From: Candidatus Omnitrophota bacterium | GTDB lineage: Bacteria; Omnitrophota; Gorgyraeia; 2-01-FULL-45-10 | Assembly (NCBI GenBank): GCA_026387175.1 | Contig: JAPLME010000007.1 | Span: 487-64,486 of the forward strand | DNA length: 64,000 nucleotides | Reading direction: 5' to 3' | Shown: one piece after another, positions 1 to 10,028 of the stretch | Layout: every line of letters starts with the position of its first letter | Position numbering within the stretch: position 1 is the first letter of the stretch | Program-made: the position numbers and the translations under genes | The notes under the pieces: model-generated | What the model was told of the DNA's origin: nothing | The model's input: the letters and a program-made list of their open reading frames with translations, nothing else | Database searches by the model: none

Positions 1-3000
1 CATCGGCGCGGACGCGGCTGGGGGCGGTATAACCACGGGCGGCACAGGCACGATAACCTTAAGCGGAGTCAATCTTTATACTGGTGCAACCACGATTAAC
101 GCGCTCAGCCATTTGACTTTGGATGGAACGGGCACGATCGCAGCAAGTTCAGGCGTGGCGAACGCAGGCACTCTCACAATTCAAGGGGACAAGGTGGTTC
201 AGAAGATGACAGGCGCTGGCGTAACCGCGCTGGGTGCGAATACCCTGACCATTGGCGATGTCCATAACCTCTCCGGCAACTACACCGGTATAGCAAGCGG
301 CACAGGCGGTATAACTACGGCTGGCACAGGAGTACTAACCCTAAGCGGAGCCAATGATTATACTGGTGCAACCACGATTAACGCGCTCAGCCGTTTGACT
401 TTGGATGGAACGGGCACGATTGAAGGCAGTTCAGGCGTGGCGAACGCAGGCACCCTTACGATTCAAGGGAACAAGACGATTGACTCGATGACCGGCGCCG
501 GCGTAACCACGCTGGGCGCGAATACCCTGACCATTGGCGATGCCACCGGCACTTCCGGCACCTACAGCGGTGTGGCAAGCGGCACAGGCGGTATAACCAA
601 GGCAGGCGCAGGCACGCTAACCCTCTCTGGCGCCAACGACTACACCGGCGTAACCACCTACACAGCCGGCACCGTGAGCGCGAACACTATCGGTAATGGC
701 GGCGCGGCAGGCAGCATCGGCAAAGCCGCGGCAGCGGCCGGGAACCAGGTCCTTAACGGTGGCACTCTATCATATACCGGAAACAATACCACTACGGACC
801 GTGGTTTTACCGTCAATGCCGCTGGCAGCGAGATTGATGTAACGACAGTCGGCCAGACACTCACTATTCAAACAACCGGGATCGTTACAAACGCAGCAGC
901 TGACATTTTGACCATAGGTGGAGCCGGTAATACTGAGATAAAAAGCGCAATCTCCGGTACAGGCGGATTGGCTAAAGATGATGCAGGCACTCTTACTCTA
1001 AGCGGCGTGAACACCTTCACCACCGGTGGGATAGCTCTTAACGCGGGCACGCTGAAGCTCGGTAGCACCACGGCGCTGGGCGGGGCGACTAGCAAGCTCA
1101 CCATTAACGGCGGTACGATTGATAACAGCAACGGCGCCGCTCTCGTAATGGCGAACAACAACCCGGTTGATGTGAAAAGCGACTGGACCTTCACCGGTAC
1201 CAATGATCTCACTTTTGCCGCAGGCGCGTGGACGTTGTATGGTACTGGTACAGTCACGCTTACCACTGCAGGTAAAAACCTGACCGTTGGTGGAATCGTC
1301 GGAGACCTTGGTAATGCCTTTGGCTTGGGTACGGCTGGCGCGGGCACGCTAACCTTGGACAAGGCCAATACTTATACGGGCGCGACCACGATCGGCGCGG
1401 GCAGTACGTTGGCTTTGGACGCAACGGGCACTATTGAAACAAGTTCAGGCGTGGCGAATTCAGGCACCTTTACGACTGCGGCGGCCAAGACGATTCAGTC
1501 GTTGACCGGCGCGGGCGTAACCACGCTGGGAGGCGGCGACTTGACCGTCGGCGATGCCAATAACCGCTCCGGTACCTACAGCGGCGCCATTGGAGACGGT
1601 GGTGGTGCCAGAGGCGTGATCAAGGCCGGCACCGGCACCTGGACGATTTCCGGCGTGAACACTTACACCGGAGCCACAGCAATCAACGCTGGAACATTAG
1701 CGTTAGGAGGCGCTACCACCATTAAAGGCAACATTACGCAGGCTGCCGCCGGCACGCTCGATCTTGGCACCAGCACGTTGACGCTTAATGGAATAGGTGC
1801 GTTGGGTAATTATACGCAGGCCGCCGCTACAACCCTGAATACAACTATCCTGAACGCCACTACGGCGGGTAATATCAATGCCTCAGCCGCAGGCACCGGT
1901 AAAATGACGACACTGGCAGCGTCTGCGCTTAATATTAACGTCGGCTCTGCATACATTCCTAATAATACGACCTGGACGATCCTTGACGGTAAGACAGGAG
2001 CGACAGGCGTTGTCGCGCCTACGACTATTACAACTAATAGTTCTGTCCTCACGTTCACGGCAGCGGCGGCGAACGGCGGCGACGATCTGACTATCACCGC
2101 GAGCCGTGGAACTAACGGTTATCCCGCGCGCGCCTCGAACTCAAATGCAGCAGCGGCAGGAGCGGCGCTTGAAGCGGCGGGCAATGCCGGCGCCACCGGA
2201 GATATGGCGACTGTGCTGGGCACGCTCGACGGCTTATCCGCTTCGCAGGTAAGCGCAGCGCTCAATACGGTTGTCCCGGAGGTCGATGCCGGGGTCATCA
2301 ATACGAGCACGACCGTTCTAAATAACTTCGTCGGGGTCGCTATGGACAGGGTGGAACAAACTCTGAAGGTTGCCAAGGCCGCGGACTCCGCGACCACGGG
2401 TCTCTCAGCGGGAGAGGCGAGTAAAATAAGCGGCGCTTGGGGAAAAGGGTACGGCAGTTATTTGACGCAAGGTACGCGCAATGGTATCGCCGGATATGAA
2501 GCGTGGAATGCCGGCACCGCGCTTGGCGCCGATCACCTCTTCGCGGATCTCGTTACCGTTGGCGTAAGCGGCGGTTACGCGTATGGGAACGTCGACTCGG
2601 ATGTTAATAACGCGAGTACGTATATCAATAGCGCCCAGACCACCGTGTACGGGGGGTATGAAGATAAAAATCTTCCTTTCTTCATCGACGCGGCAGGTTC
2701 CTTCGCATGGAACTGGTATGAAGGCCGGCGCGATATAAATATCGGCGGCGCTATATTAAGGACTGCGAATGCCGCATATGACGGCCAGCAATACGGCGCA
2801 TATTTAGGCGGTGGCTACAGGTTCAATATGACAAAGAATATTGAATTTACGCCTCTCCTGTCGCTTCAGTATAATCACCTTCAGCTGGGGAGTTATACCG
2901 AAACAGAAGCCGGAGCGCTCAATTTAAGCGTCGCGAGCCAGGGCTATGATCAATTACAGTCCGGCCTCGGCGCGCGCATAGCCGCTCCTATAAAGTGTAA

Positions 3001-3265
3001 ATGGGGCACTTTCACTCCGGAAGCTCATGGAAAATGGTTCTATGACTTTATCGGTGATAACATGGCAGTGACATCGAACTTCAACGGCGGCGGTGGGAAC
3101 TTCGGCTCAAACGGCGCTAAACCTGCGCTGAATAGCTTCAATGCCGGAGGTCAGTTGACGTTTAATTTCAAAAACGATATTTCTCTTATAGCGAACTGCG
3201 ATACGGAGATGAAGGACGAGTTCTTTGGTATCTACGGTTCGGCGACGGTCAGGTACAATTTCTAA
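1..3265 (+). CDS. Autotransporter (type Va) outer-membrane protein, 5' end outside the window. The passenger is built from autotransporter-associated beta-strand repeats and is followed by a C-terminal beta-barrel translocator.
   Basis: The frame is open back to position 2 and the upstream sequence continues the repeat. The passenger repeats read 'GTLTLSGANDYTGATTINA..'. The C-terminal ~300 aa carry a classical autotransporter linker and beta-domain (AWGKGYGSY.., alternating aromatic strands) and end in ..RYNF. Confidence 0.8.
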   Translation, partial: IGADAAGGGITTGGTGTITLSGVNLYTGATTINALSHLTLDGTGTIAASSGVANAGTLTIQGDKVVQKMTGAGVTALGANTLTIGDVHNLSGNYTGIASGTGGITTAGTGVLTLSGANDYTGATTINALSRLTLDGTGTIEGSSGVANAGTLTIQGNKTIDSMTGAGVTTLGANTLTIGDATGTSGTYSGVASGTGGITKAGAGTLTLSGANDYTGVTTYTAGTVSANTIGNGGAAGSIGKAAAAAGNQVLNGGTLSYTGNNTTTDRGFTVNAAGSEIDVTTVGQTLTIQTTGIVTNAAADILTIGGAGNTEIKSAISGTGGLAKDDAGTLTLSGVNTFTTGGIALNAGTLKLGSTTALGGATSKLTINGGTIDNSNGAALVMANNNPVDVKSDWTFTGTNDLTFAAGAWTLYGTGTVTLTTAGKNLTVGGIVGDLGNAFGLGTAGAGTLTLDKANTYTGATTIGAGSTLALDATGTIETSSGVANSGTFTTAAAKTIQSLTGAGVTTLGGGDLTVGDANNRSGTYSGAIGDGGGARGVIKAGTGTWTISGVNTYTGATAINAGTLALGGATTIKGNITQAAAGTLDLGTSTLTLNGIGALGNYTQAAATTLNTTILNATTAGNINASAAGTGKMTTLAASALNINVGSAYIPNNTTWTILDGKTGATGVVAPTTITTNSSVLTFTAAAANGGDDLTITASRGTNGYPARASNSNAAAAGAALEAAGNAGATGDMATVLGTLDGLSASQVSAALNTVVPEVDAGVINTSTTVLNNFVGVAMDRVEQTLKVAKAADSATTGLSAGEASKISGAWGKGYGSYLTQGTRNGIAGYEAWNAGTALGADHLFADLVTVGVSGGYAYGNVDSDVNNASTYINSAQTTVYGGYEDKNLPFFIDAAGSFAWNWYEGRRDINIGGAILRTANAAYDGQQYGAYLGGGYRFNMTKNIEFTPLLSLQYNHLQLGSYTETEAGALNLSVASQGYDQLQSGLGARIAAPIKCKWGTFTPEAHGKWFYDFIGDNMAVTSNFNGGGGNFGSNGAKPALNSFNAGGQLTFNFKNDISLIANCDTEMKDEFFGIYGSATVRYNF

Positions 3266-3291
3266 TAAATCCTGACACAGTGATTCACTAC

Positions 3292-3321
3292 AGCCCCGGC
3301 TATCAGCCGGGGCTGTTTTTT
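3292..3321 (+). terminator. Rho-independent terminator after the autotransporter gene
   Basis: A perfect 10-bp stem agccccggct/agccggggct with loop atc, followed by TTTTTT. Confidence 0.7.
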
Positions 3322-3346
3322 AAGAGATAACTCAGGATAATTAACT

Positions 3347-4198
3347 ATGTCGAAAAAATGGTGCCTGCCCCTAATTTTACTGATGTTGGTCTTTGCGAGC
3401 GGCTGCGCGACAATGCCGGAGTTTATGGATAGGGCATATGAAGCACAAAAAACAGCGCGGCAGGCCGGTTTCGATAAAGAATATGTCAAGGCTCCCGGCT
3501 TCGAGCTCATGACCTATCAGCGATTTAAGAAACCCTCTGAAAATATCCGTATCTATATCGAAGGGGACGGAAGGGCCTGGGAGACCAGAAGCAGGCTTTC
3601 CGACGATCCGACCCCGTCGGATCCGATCGCGCTGGGGCTGGCCGTAGTCGACTCTTTCGATAGTGTTGCTTATATCGCGAGGCCGGGTCAATTTCCCGCG
3701 CCGGATTCTGCCGGATGCGACCCGACGTATTGGTCCCAGCGGCGGTTTGCGCCGGAAGTCGTGGAAGCCTTTGACAGGACTATCGACATATTGAAGAAAA
3801 AGTCGGGGGCCAAACATGTGGAACTCGTCGGATATTCCGGAGGCGCGGCGATAGCGGTTCTCGTCGCCGCAAGGCGTGGTGATGTTACTGCGCTTCGCAC
3901 CGTAGCAGGGAACCTTAACCCGAAGGCATTGTGCAGCTACCACCATGTGAGCCGGCTCGATGGGTCGATGGATCCGCTCGATCTCGCGCAAAAGGTGGCC
4001 CATATACCCCAGCGCCACTTTGTCGGATCGAAAGATAGAATCGTCCCCTCATCGATAGCCGAATCCTTCGTGAAAAAAGAGGGTGATACAAATTGCGAGA
4101 GCATTACTATCGTGGATGGCGCCGCACATAGGGACGGCTGGCGCGAACGTTGGAAAGAACTTCTGTCGATATCCCTTCTCAACGATCTCCCGCATTAA
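3347..4198 (+). CDS. Lipoprotein, alpha/beta-hydrolase-fold esterase/lipase-like
   Basis: Signal peptide with lipobox (LVFASGC). GYSGG nucleophile-elbow motif (GxSxG). Confidence 0.55.
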   Translation: MSKKWCLPLILLMLVFASGCATMPEFMDRAYEAQKTARQAGFDKEYVKAPGFELMTYQRFKKPSENIRIYIEGDGRAWETRSRLSDDPTPSDPIALGLAVVDSFDSVAYIARPGQFPAPDSAGCDPTYWSQRRFAPEVVEAFDRTIDILKKKSGAKHVELVGYSGGAAIAVLVAARRGDVTALRTVAGNLNPKALCSYHHVSRLDGSMDPLDLAQKVAHIPQRHFVGSKDRIVPSSIAESFVKKEGDTNCESITIVDGAAHRDGWRERWKELLSISLLNDLPH

Positions 4199-4233
4199 AA
4201 CCCTTGATATAATATTTCCGCGCGTATATAATA

Positions 4234-4917
4234 TTGCTTGTGAAAAATAATAATCAAAGATCGATGATCGGCCTTCACGCGCACACGTTATTCAGTGACG
4301 GCGCGCTCTTGCCGAGCGAGATAGTTAGGCGCGCTGAGGCAAAAGGCTATAAGGCTTTCGCGCTCACCGATCACGTCGACTCTTCAAACATAGATTTTGT
4401 CCTTCCGCGTATCGTGAAGGTCTGTAAGGCATTGAATAAATTCTGGGCTATCCGCGCCATACCGGGCGTAGAGATCACTCATGCGCCTGTTCAGGAGATC
4501 AAATCCCTTGTAAAATTCGCGAGAAAGAACGGAGCTAAGATCGTAGTGGTGCACGGCGAGACGGTCTCGGAGCCTGTCCTGAAAGGTACTAACAGGGCCG
4601 GCATAGAGGCCGGTTGTGATATATTGGCTCATCCCGGGACCATATCTATAGAGGACGTGAGGCTGGCTAAGGCCAGGGGGGTGGCCCTGGAGCTCACGAC
4701 CAGAAAGAACCACGCTGTCACCAATAAGCGCGTCTTTAAGATGGCAAAGTCCGTAGGCGCGAAGCTTGTCCTGAACACCGATGCGCACGATGAATGCGAT
4801 GTAGCGACATATAGTCAAGCGGTGAGAGTGCTTAAAGGTATAGGAATGACCGGCGCCGATATAGAGAAAGTATTTGAAAATTCCAGGGAATTAGTAAAGA
4901 GGTTAAGTACCTATTGA
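4234..4917 (+). CDS. PHP-domain (histidinol-phosphatase-like) metal-dependent phosphoesterase
   Basis: N-terminal HAHTLFSDG motif, then His/Asp-rich motifs (LTDHVD, HGE, NTDAHD) typical of the PHP domain. Confidence 0.6.
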   Translation: MLVKNNNQRSMIGLHAHTLFSDGALLPSEIVRRAEAKGYKAFALTDHVDSSNIDFVLPRIVKVCKALNKFWAIRAIPGVEITHAPVQEIKSLVKFARKNGAKIVVVHGETVSEPVLKGTNRAGIEAGCDILAHPGTISIEDVRLAKARGVALELTTRKNHAVTNKRVFKMAKSVGAKLVLNTDAHDECDVATYSQAVRVLKGIGMTGADIEKVFENSRELVKRLSTY

Positions 4918-4941
4918 CAAAAGTTAGATATATGGTATACT
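4914..4941 (+). promoter_or_regulatory. Sigma-70-like promoter: TTGACA, 16-nt spacer, extended -10 TGgTATACT
   Basis: Consensus -35 and near-consensus -10 read directly. About 240 nt upstream of the OMP start codon. Confidence 0.5.
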
Positions 4942-5183
4942 TTGCGTTAAGTACAGAAAGGTAGTTCCCGAACGACTATAACACCATAGATAATTTAAAT
5001 CTTGGCGAAAGAGGAGGTGGTGGACCAAATAGCCTTGGGTTATCAACACGTGGTGATGTAGATAAGAAATAAAATGCAATATATATATAGAGGGCTTAAG
5101 AGTTAAGCTAGTTTTTATGAAGTAAAAAGCCCTTACTTAAAATATAGTAGAAATTGAATTTGAAATTACCCTTAGGAGGTAAC

Positions 5184-6749
5184 ATGAAGTTTGTAAAATT
5201 AGCTTTAGTTTTAGCGATGGCGCTCTGCCTCACGGCAAGTGTTTACGCTGAGACGCAGAGCGTAAAAGTCAGCGGAGACCTCACGGTTAGAGGTATCTGG
5301 AGAAACGCTTACGATTACAGGAACAACGGCCCTCGGGACACCGCCACCGCGGTTGCCACCAGAACCGGCCTGTCTTCTGATAATACCGGAATGCTCAATC
5401 CGGCAGTGAGCTCGAACCAAGCGTCATCATCTCAGTCATGGTTTATGAGCACGGCTGAAGTGCAGGTGGATGCGGATCTGACAGATAATGTCGCGACTTG
5501 CATCAGAATCCTGAACGAGAGGGATTGGAGCCGGACGAGCAAGAATATTGTTCAAGGTACCACTCTTGCTCCGAATGGCCTTGGCGGATATACGCCTGAT
5601 GCCGAGGATTTCAACGTTCAGCTGGATCTGGCATATGTAAAGTTGAAAAACTTTATTTATAGCCCTCTTACAGTTACCATCGGTCGTCAGGATCTCTGGT
5701 TCGGTAAGGGCTTCGTAGTCGGGTCCAATCAGGTCTTCAACAACTATGCGAATACAAATAACCTCAACAACTTCCAGTTGTCTGCACCGGAATACACCGC
5801 TCAGACTGCCTTTGATTCAGTGAAGGCGGTATTGGATTACGATCCATGGGCGATCACGGCTGTTTACTCCAAGCTATGGGAAAATGCCATCTCCGCTGAT
5901 GATGACGTTGACCTGTATGGCGTAAACGTCGGTTACAAGTTCGACAACTACAAGGCCGAAGCGGAAGCATATTGGTTCTTCAAAATGGACCATAGTATGG
6001 AAACTTGGGCCTCCAACAAGAATAGCCGTAACAATGACGTCCACACTATCGGTATGAGAGGCAGTTTTGATCCGATAGATACCGTTACGGTTGCCGGTGA
6101 AGGCGCGTATCAGTTCGGTTCTTACTCAGGCAATAGATCGGACAACTACCAAAGATCTCGCGCAGCATACGCTCTCGATTTCTCAGCTGAGTGGAGAGGT
6201 CTGATGGATAAATGCGCCTGGAAGCCGAAAGTCGCCGCTGAGTATATCCTTTACTCAGGCCAGAAGTATAATGAAGTCAATCAGGGCGATATTCAACAGG
6301 GGTGCACATACACCGGTTGGGATCCGATGTTCAGAGGCAAGTTCGATTCAGCGATCCGCGAGTTCGTTGGAACTTATTATGCTTCATACGCTTATCCGGT
6401 TAATCCTAACTCAAGAAATAGCTGTCAGGATGCTTCATTTACCAACCAGAATCAGATAATGTTCTCCGGCAGCGTTACGCCGATGGAGAGCCTGACGCTG
6501 AAGGGTAACGTGAATATGTTCATGACAGCCAACGATTATGCTATACCTGATCCCGCTCTACCGGGGAAAGCCTTCTTCCGTGGCGGATATATAGGCACGG
6601 AATTTGACGGCCAGGCGATATGGGACTACACCGAAGATGTCAGCTTCGGAGTTCTATATGCCTTCTTTGTCCCGGGCGGCGATGTGTACTACGGCGGTAA
6701 TAACGACGTAGCTACGGACTTCGTTGGTACGGTAAAGGTAAGCTTCTAA
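5184..6749 (+). CDS. Outer-membrane beta-barrel protein (porin-like)
   Basis: The AGGAGG RBS sits 6 nt before the ATG at 5184, so the ORF-track start at 5154 is probably too long. Signal peptide ..SVYA/ETQ. Amphipathic beta-strand pattern with a C-terminal ..VKVSF aromatic terminus. Confidence 0.55.
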   Translation: MKFVKLALVLAMALCLTASVYAETQSVKVSGDLTVRGIWRNAYDYRNNGPRDTATAVATRTGLSSDNTGMLNPAVSSNQASSSQSWFMSTAEVQVDADLTDNVATCIRILNERDWSRTSKNIVQGTTLAPNGLGGYTPDAEDFNVQLDLAYVKLKNFIYSPLTVTIGRQDLWFGKGFVVGSNQVFNNYANTNNLNNFQLSAPEYTAQTAFDSVKAVLDYDPWAITAVYSKLWENAISADDDVDLYGVNVGYKFDNYKAEAEAYWFFKMDHSMETWASNKNSRNNDVHTIGMRGSFDPIDTVTVAGEGAYQFGSYSGNRSDNYQRSRAAYALDFSAEWRGLMDKCAWKPKVAAEYILYSGQKYNEVNQGDIQQGCTYTGWDPMFRGKFDSAIREFVGTYYASYAYPVNPNSRNSCQDASFTNQNQIMFSGSVTPMESLTLKGNVNMFMTANDYAIPDPALPGKAFFRGGYIGTEFDGQAIWDYTEDVSFGVLYAFFVPGGDVYYGGNNDVATDFVGTVKVSF

Positions 6750-6771
6750 GTAGTCTGTTGTTTGATAAGAG

Positions 6772-6807
6772 ACCCCCGTTCTCGAAAGAGGCCGGGGGTT
6801 TCTTATT
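6772..6807 (+). terminator. Rho-independent terminator after the OMP gene
   Basis: Stem acccccg/cgggggt with an inner ctc-gaaa-gag hairpin, followed by a U-run tttcttatt. Confidence 0.6.
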
Positions 6808-6845
6808 GACTTTTTCTATCTATCAAAATATAATTGACAGTTAAT

Positions 6846-7565
6846 ATGCGCCGGAATTTAATTATTTTATCAGCTGTCTTAGTCGCGTTAATCCTTGGGC
6901 TTATATTAACGCTTCGATCCATACCCTGGTGGAAAGCAGGAGTAGCCAAGGGGAAGGCCGTGACGCTCGTAAAACTCTTTTCGTTCTCCAGCGATGATGC
7001 CTTGAAAGAATGGGAAGATAAGATTTTTAAGGGCAAGGTCGTATATAAGATCGAAAAGGATAAAGACCTTTCGTATGTGCAGGCGCATAGCACGGGAAGC
7101 GCCTCCGCCCTGTATTATAAGATAAAGTTAGACGCGAAGAACAGGCAGCCTGTCCTAAGATGGAAGTGGCATGCCGAAAGGTTTCCTGTGAAGAGCGCCC
7201 CGGAAAGCCTGGAGGCCCCGGGCGAGGATGATTTTGCCGGAAGAGTGTATGTTATCTTTCCGGCCATGTTTATCCTGAACTCAAATGTGATCGAGTATAT
7301 ATGGGCCGAAAAACTGCCCGTCGGCACTACAGGGACAAGCCCCTATTCGAAGAATATAAAACTTATGGTCCTGGAGAGCGGGCCCGCTAAAGACGGCAAA
7401 TTTGTTTCGGAGGAGAGGGATGTGGTCGCGGATTATCTTAAAGTTTTTGGAAAACCGCCCGAACATAATATAGGCGCAGTGGCGTTCATGACTAACGCCG
7501 AGCACACTAATACGAGCGCGGACGCGATGTATGATGAGATAGAGCTCGGATATAAGGAGAAATAG
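6846..7565 (+). CDS. Hypothetical protein with an N-terminal membrane anchor
   Basis: ATG at 6846 followed by one TM helix (LIILSAVLVALILGLILTL). No motif I recognise with confidence. Confidence 0.4.
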   Translation: MRRNLIILSAVLVALILGLILTLRSIPWWKAGVAKGKAVTLVKLFSFSSDDALKEWEDKIFKGKVVYKIEKDKDLSYVQAHSTGSASALYYKIKLDAKNRQPVLRWKWHAERFPVKSAPESLEAPGEDDFAGRVYVIFPAMFILNSNVIEYIWAEKLPVGTTGTSPYSKNIKLMVLESGPAKDGKFVSEERDVVADYLKVFGKPPEHNIGAVAFMTNAEHTNTSADAMYDEIELGYKEK

Positions 7566-7568
7566 ACG

Positions 7569-8009
7569 ATGATACGAGTCAAATTTTTAAGGACCAGATA
7601 TCTGACCGGAAGCCATATCCAGATAAAATATCTGTCCCTTCTTCTCATCTCTATGGCGGTGCCGCTCATCCTTGTCGGATGCTGCCTCTATTACCTGATA
7701 TTTACGCTTATGGGCGAACAGATAGGCATACCCGAATATATCGCGTACCATCTCTCTCCCGTTGTGAGCAAGATAAATATGATGCTTTTGATAGGCGTAC
7801 CGCCGTTATTTTTACTGCTTACGCTGTGGGGGATAGTGCTCTCTCACCGTTTTGCCGGCCCCCTCGAGAGGCTGGAGAAAGAATTGCATGAGATTTCGGA
7901 AGGCAAGCATCACAGACACAGGATAACGCTGCGCAAACATGACGATATCAGGCCCATCGCCGACGCCATAAATAAGTTGTTGGCCAAGCATGAGGAAAGG
8001 AAAGGATGA
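7569..8009 (+). CDS. Small membrane protein with a HAMP-like linker
   Basis: Two TM helices, then an amphipathic segment (FAGPLERLEKELHEISEG..) resembling a HAMP domain. 4-bp overlap with lpxA. Confidence 0.4.
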   Translation: MIRVKFLRTRYLTGSHIQIKYLSLLLISMAVPLILVGCCLYYLIFTLMGEQIGIPEYIAYHLSPVVSKINMMLLIGVPPLFLLLTLWGIVLSHRFAGPLERLEKELHEISEGKHHRHRITLRKHDDIRPIADAINKLLAKHEERKG

Positions 8010-8806
8010 ACAAGATAAGCAACCTTGCCGTAGTGAGCAAGAACGCGCGAATAGCCGAGGGCGTTGAGATAGGCCCGTTCTCCATAATAGAGGATGAAGT
8101 GGAGATCGGAGCCAATGTCAGGATCCTGCCGCATGCCTGTATCTGCAAAGGGACCTCTATCGGGGAGAACACGCAGGTCCATATGGGCGCGGTGATTGGA
8201 AATATTCCACAGGACCTGGGGTTCGACGCGAATAAAAAGACATATACCAGGATAGGCAAGAATACCGTAATAAGGGAGTACGCCACCATACATAGGGCGA
8301 CCGAAGAGGGCTCGGCTACGGTTGTGGGAGACAATTGTTATCTGATGGCCGTATCTCATATAGGCCATGACTGTCATATCGGCAATAACGTTATAATAGC
8401 CAACGGCGCGCTCCTGGCCGGGCATGTCAGCGTCGGGGATTACGCCTTCATATCCGGCAATGTCGTCATGCATCAATTCTGCCGCATAGGAACGCTTGCC
8501 ATGATAGGAGGTTTCACCGGGATCAATAAAGACGTGCCGCCGTATATGCTGGTCAGAGGGCCGTCGGTGATACGCGGCGTGAACCTGGTCGGATTACGCA
8601 GGTTAAAAATCCCGCGCGAGGTTATCGGTGAAATAAAAGAAGCTTATAAGTTGATATTTATGTCAAATCTGAATACCGCTCAGGCCGTGGAAGGTATTAA
8701 GAAACTTAAACCTTCAAAGGAGCTTGATCATTTGGTGGATTTTATTCAAACTTCCAAGCGGGGCATATGTAAGTATAAATATAGCGATGACGAATATTTC
8801 GAATGA
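8006..8806 (+). CDS. lpxA: UDP-N-acetylglucosamine O-acyltransferase
   Basis: Hexapeptide-repeat left-handed beta-helix throughout and characteristic LpxA length (266 aa). Motifs include MHQFCRIG and GINKDVPPY. Confidence 0.9.
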   Translation: MNKISNLAVVSKNARIAEGVEIGPFSIIEDEVEIGANVRILPHACICKGTSIGENTQVHMGAVIGNIPQDLGFDANKKTYTRIGKNTVIREYATIHRATEEGSATVVGDNCYLMAVSHIGHDCHIGNNVIIANGALLAGHVSVGDYAFISGNVVMHQFCRIGTLAMIGGFTGINKDVPPYMLVRGPSVIRGVNLVGLRRLKIPREVIGEIKEAYKLIFMSNLNTAQAVEGIKKLKPSKELDHLVDFIQTSKRGICKYKYSDDEYFE

Positions 8807-8818
8807 TCGGAGGCGTTA

Positions 8819-9181
8819 ATGGCAGTTAAGAAAAAGAAATCGGTTCGTAAGGGCGCCAGGCCGGCAAAGGCTAAAGCGAAGAAGGCTGTGAAGAAGACGA
8901 AGATTAAGCCTGTAGCGAAGCCGCCTGAGATTAAATTTGAAAAGATAGGAGAAGTTACGCACTACTTCCCGCACGTCAAAGCGGCGGCGGTCAAGCTTAT
9001 AAAGAGCGGTATGGCGGTGGGGGATAAGATATATATAAAGGGCCACACTACTGATTTTAAAGAGAATGTCCGGTCCATACAGCTTGATCATGTGTCGATA
9101 GTGAAAGGCAAGAAAGGGCAGGAGATCGGATTATTTGTTAAGTCCCGGGTTAGAATAGGGGACAGCATATATAAGGTATAA
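8819..9181 (+). CDS. Basic protein with a lysine/alanine-rich histone-H1-like N-terminus and a small beta-rich C-terminal domain
   Basis: N-terminal 35 aa are KKKKSVRKGARPAKAKAKKAVKKTKIKPVAKP. GGAGG RBS. Confidence 0.45.
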   Translation: MAVKKKKSVRKGARPAKAKAKKAVKKTKIKPVAKPPEIKFEKIGEVTHYFPHVKAAAVKLIKSGMAVGDKIYIKGHTTDFKENVRSIQLDHVSIVKGKKGQEIGLFVKSRVRIGDSIYKV

Positions 9182-9185
9182 TACT

Positions 9186-9440
9186 ATGACCAGAATTTAC
9201 AAAAAAATACTATTAGGACTGGGCCTTGACAGCAAGGACGGCCACGTGCGCGTAACGAAGGGCAAGAACTTCCGTCTTTACGGAGGGAGCGAAGAGACTC
9301 ACGAAACTATGCAGGAGAAGGCGGTAAAGTTCAATGAGCAACTCGACAAGCGTAGCAAGACGATAGATGATATTAATAAAGAAGAGTTTAGAGAGATAGC
9401 GGCGAAAGTGGGCCTGGAGATACCGAAGGACGATAAATAA
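9186..9440 (+). CDS. Hypothetical small protein
   Basis: 84-aa ORF tightly packed between neighbours. No recognisable motif. Confidence 0.35.
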   Translation: MTRIYKKILLGLGLDSKDGHVRVTKGKNFRLYGGSEETHETMQEKAVKFNEQLDKRSKTIDDINKEEFREIAAKVGLEIPKDDK

Positions 9441-9442
9441 AG

Positions 9443-10009
9443 ATGAAGGTTATCGGAATAAGCGCCAGCCCCAGAAGATCCGGTAACAGCGAGATCCTTC
9501 TGGATAGGGCTCTCGAGGGCGCCATGTCGGCGGGAGCCGACGTAGAGAAGATCGTGTTAAATGAGCTCGACTTCAAAGCGTGTCAGGAGTGCGGCGGGTG
9601 TGAAAGAAGCGGCGTATGCGTTATCCGTGACGGTATGAGCCATCTTTATAAAGAACTGGATAAGGCCGACGCCATTATTGTATCGTCCCCAATATTCTTC
9701 GCTTCACTAAGCGCTCAGGCAAAAATGATGATAGACCGTTTCCAATGCGCCTGGGTGGCAAAGTATATTTTAAAGAATCGTGCTAAGGCAAAGAAGCGTA
9801 AAGGTATATTCATAAGCGTAGCCGGCTCTTACAGGAAAGATTCTTTTGACAATGCAAAGAGCATAATCAAAGCGTTTTTCGCGACGCTCGACATTGAATA
9901 CGCCGACGAATTATTTTGCGGCGGTATCGAGAAGATGAAAGATATAGATCAGGATGAGAAGGTTCTGAACAGAGCATATACTTTAGGGGTTGGTTTAGTT
10001 AAAATATAA
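9443..10009 (+). CDS. Iron-sulfur flavoprotein (Isf) / NADPH-dependent FMN reductase family
   Basis: Flavodoxin-like N-terminus (VIGISASPRRSGNS) plus the compact Cys motif CQECGGCERSGVC (C-x2-C-x2-C-x5-C) typical of Isf. Confidence 0.7.
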   Translation: MKVIGISASPRRSGNSEILLDRALEGAMSAGADVEKIVLNELDFKACQECGGCERSGVCVIRDGMSHLYKELDKADAIIVSSPIFFASLSAQAKMMIDRFQCAWVAKYILKNRAKAKKRKGIFISVAGSYRKDSFDNAKSIIKAFFATLDIEYADELFCGGIEKMKDIDQDEKVLNRAYTLGVGLVKI

Positions 10010-10028
10010 AATAGTTATATTTTAAATG

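Noticed and set aside
658-2397. Several minus-strand ORFs (658..864, 868..1368, 1810..2097, 2119..2397) inside the autotransporter gene
   Set aside because: Antisense ORFs in a GC-rich, Gly/Thr/Ala-codon-rich repeat gene. Pro/Val/Ala-rich nonsense translations. The + strand gene is clearly real.
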